Positions 61,989 through 64,000 of a DNA stretch of 64,000 nucleotides are shown here, piece after piece. Position numbers and translations under genes: made by a program. A model generated the notes under the pieces. That model saw only the letters and a program-made list of their open reading frames with translations. It ran no database searches and was not told the DNA's origin. Origin of the DNA: Chrysemys picta bellii (taxonomy: Eukaryota); assembly GCF_011386835.1 (NCBI RefSeq), contig NC_088795.1:25854001-25918000 (forward strand), read 5' to 3'. Each line of letters opens with the position of its first letter. The stretch's first letter is position 1.

Positions 61989-63749
61989 TCAATGTTTGTA
62001 ATGGCTCAGCCATTCCCAGTCCTTATTCAAACCGGAGTTGATTGTGTCTAGTTTGCATATCAATTCTAGCTCAGCAGTCTCTCTTTGGAGTCTGTTTTTG
62101 AAGTTTTTCTGTTGTAATATAGCCACCCGCAGGTCTGTCACTGAATGACCAGACAGGTTAAAGTGTTCTCCCACTGGTTTTTGAGTATTTTGATTCCTGA
62201 TGTCAGATTTGTGTCCATTAATTCTTTTGCGTAGAGACTGTCCGGTTTGGCCAATGTACATGGCAGAGGGGCATTGCTGGCACATGATGGCATATATCAC
62301 ATTGGTAGATGTGCAGGTGAACGAGCCCCTGATGGTATGGCTGATGTGATTAGGTCCTATGATGATGTCACTTGAATAGATATGTGGACAGAGTTGGCAT
62401 CGGGGTTTGTTATAAGGATAGGTTCCTGGGTTAGTGGTTTTGTTCAGTGATGTGTGGTTGCTGGTGAGTATTTGCTTTAGGTTGGGGGGTTGTCTGTAAG
62501 CGAGGACAGGTCTGTCCCCCAAGATCTGTGAGAGTAAAGGATCATCTTTCAGGATAGGTTGTAGATCTCTGATGATGCGCTGGAGAGGTTTTAGGTGGGG
62601 TCTGAAGGTGACAGCTAGTGGTGTTCTGTTATTTTCTTTGTTGGGCCTGTCTTGTAGGAGGTGACTTCTGGGTACTCGTCTGGCTCTGTCAATCTGTTTT
62701 TTCACTTCAGCAGGTGGGTATTGTAGTTTTAAGAATGCTTGATAGAGATCTTGTAGGTGCTTGTCTCTATCCGAGGGATTGGAGCAAATGCGGTTATATC
62801 TTAGAGCTTGGCTGTAGACAATGGATCGTGTGGTGTGTCCTGGATGGAAGCTGGAGGCATGTAGGTAAGTGTAGCGGTCAGTAGGTTTCCGGTATAGGGT
62901 GGTATTGATGTGACCATCGCTTATTAGCACAGTAGTGTCCAGGAAATGGACCGCTTGTGTGGATTGATCTAGGCTGAGGTTGATGGTGGGAAGGAAATTA
63001 TTGAAATCATGGTGAAATTCCTCAAGGGCTTCTTTTCCATGGGTCCAGATGATGAAGATGTCATCAATGTAGCGCAAGTAGAGTAGGGGCGTTAGGGGAC
63101 GAGAGCTAAGGAAGCGTTGTTCTAAGTCAGCCATAAAAATGTTGGCATATTGTGGGGCCATGCGGGTACCCATAGCAGTGCCGCTGACTTGAAGGTATAT
63201 ATTGTCCCCAAATGTGAAATAGTTGTGGGTGAAGACAAAATCACAAAGTTCAGCCACCAGGTTAGCTGTGACATTATCAGGGATACTGTTCCTGATAGCT
63301 TGTAGTCCATCTTTGTGTGGAATATTGGTGTAGAGGGCTTCTACGTCCATAGTGGCCAGGATGGTGTTTTCTGGAAGATCACCGATGGATTGTAGTTTCC
63401 TCAGGAAGTCAGTGGTGTCTCGAAGATAGCTGGGAGTGCTGGTAGCGTAGGGTCTGAGGACAGAGTCTACATAACCAGACAAGCCTGATGTTAGGGTGCC
63501 AATGCCTGAGATGATGGGGTGTCCAGGATATCCAGGTTTATGGATCTTGGGTAGCAAATAGAATACCCCTGGTCGGGGTTCTAGGCATGTGTCTGTACGG
63601 ATTTGTTCCTGTGCTTTGTCAGGGAGTTTTTTTAGCAGATGGTGTAGTTTCTTTAGGTAATTCTCAGTGGGATCAGAGGATAATGGCCTGTAGAATGTGG
63701 TGTTAGAGAGCTGTCTAGCAGCCTCCTGGTCATATTCCAATTTATTCAT
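61989..63749 (-). CDS. PLE reverse transcriptase + GIY-YIG endonuclease, N-terminally truncated (586 aa open)
   Basis: RT motifs LATMDVEALYTNIPH, GTAMGTRMAPQYANIFM, YLRYIDDIF; endonuclease VIYAIMC...MYIGQTGQSLRKRINGH; no stop over 1761 nt. Confidence 0.92.
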   Translation of the reverse strand: MNKLEYDQEAARQLSNTTFYRPLSSDPTENYLKKLHHLLKKLPDKAQEQIRTDTCLEPRPGVFYLLPKIHKPGYPGHPIISGIGTLTSGLSGYVDSVLRPYATSTPSYLRDTTDFLRKLQSIGDLPENTILATMDVEALYTNIPHKDGLQAIRNSIPDNVTANLVAELCDFVFTHNYFTFGDNIYLQVSGTAMGTRMAPQYANIFMADLEQRFLSSRPLTPLLYLRYIDDIFIIWTHGKEALEEFHHDFNNFLPTINLSLDQSTQAVHFLDTTVLISDGHINTTLYRKPTDRYTYLHASSFHPGHTTRSIVYSQALRYNRICSNPSDRDKHLQDLYQAFLKLQYPPAEVKKQIDRARRVPRSHLLQDRPNKENNRTPLAVTFRPHLKPLQRIIRDLQPILKDDPLLSQILGDRPVLAYRQPPNLKQILTSNHTSLNKTTNPGTYPYNKPRCQLCPHIYSSDIIIGPNHISHTIRGSFTCTSTNVIYAIMCQQCPSAMYIGQTGQSLRKRINGHKSDIRNQNTQKPVGEHFNLSGHSVTDLRVAILQQKNFKNRLQRETAELELICKLDTINSGLNKDWEWLSHYKH

Positions 63750-64000
63750 GATGACGAAAGCACCTCCTTTGTCAGACAGACAGACCTGCGGGTGGCTATA
63801 TTACAACAGAAAAACTTCAAAAACAGACTCCAAAGAGAGACTGCTGAGCTAGAATTGATATGCAAACTAGACACAATCAACTCCGGTTTGAATAAGGACT
63901 GGGAATGGCTGAGCCATTACAAACATTGACTCTATCTCCCCTTGTAAGTACTCTCACACTTATTATCAAACTGTCTGTACTGGGCTAGCTTGATTACCAC

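Larger units (their letters stand above)
61708..64000 (-). mobile_element. Young Penelope-like retroelement (Neptune-type), 5'-truncated, with inverted 3' arm; continues beyond window
   Basis: Minus-strand RT/EN ORF followed by a 3' UTR with hammerhead core and AATAAA (ends about 61708); homology to the RT N-terminus (DKGGAFVIMN) stops at about 63775; 63779-64000 is the exact reverse complement of 61918-62139. Confidence 0.93.

Noticed and set aside
61989-63749. Autonomous active retrotransposon or domesticated gene
   Set aside because: Homology ends at about 63775 where the inverted arm begins, so the N-terminus and promoter are missing; openness is explained by youth.

Overview
Vertebrate genomic DNA, most likely a turtle (inferred from its repeat families: Penelope-like elements, CR1, and hAT/Harbinger/mariner MITEs). 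The whole window lies inside one gene, PTPN13 (FAP-1/PTP-BAS), on the minus strand. Seven GT-AG coding exons (56680-56745, 50385-50570, 46782-46875, 31730-32293, 14421-14516, 10900-10999, 2125-2344) splice into one open frame of 1326 nt (442 codons), running from the second half of the KIND domain to just before the FERM domain. Flanking exons lie outside the window. The introns are rich in transposable elements. The most notable structure is a set of five Penelope-like (PLE) insertions. One carries a 586-aa RT + GIY-YIG ORF plus a 100%-identical inverted arm, two are tiny palindromic copies with target-site duplications, and three sequence variants carry a minimal hammerhead-ribozyme core whose stem II differs in sequence but stays paired. 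One hammerhead core is in the sense orientation of the PTPN13 pre-mRNA. An unexplained 71-bp hairpin sits about 100 nt downstream of a PTPN13 exon. PLE hammerheads are a known class, so I do not claim a new system. Most other ORFs in the supplied track are spurious products of GC-rich repeats. Repeat family names and human PTPN13 comparisons are from memory, not database searches.
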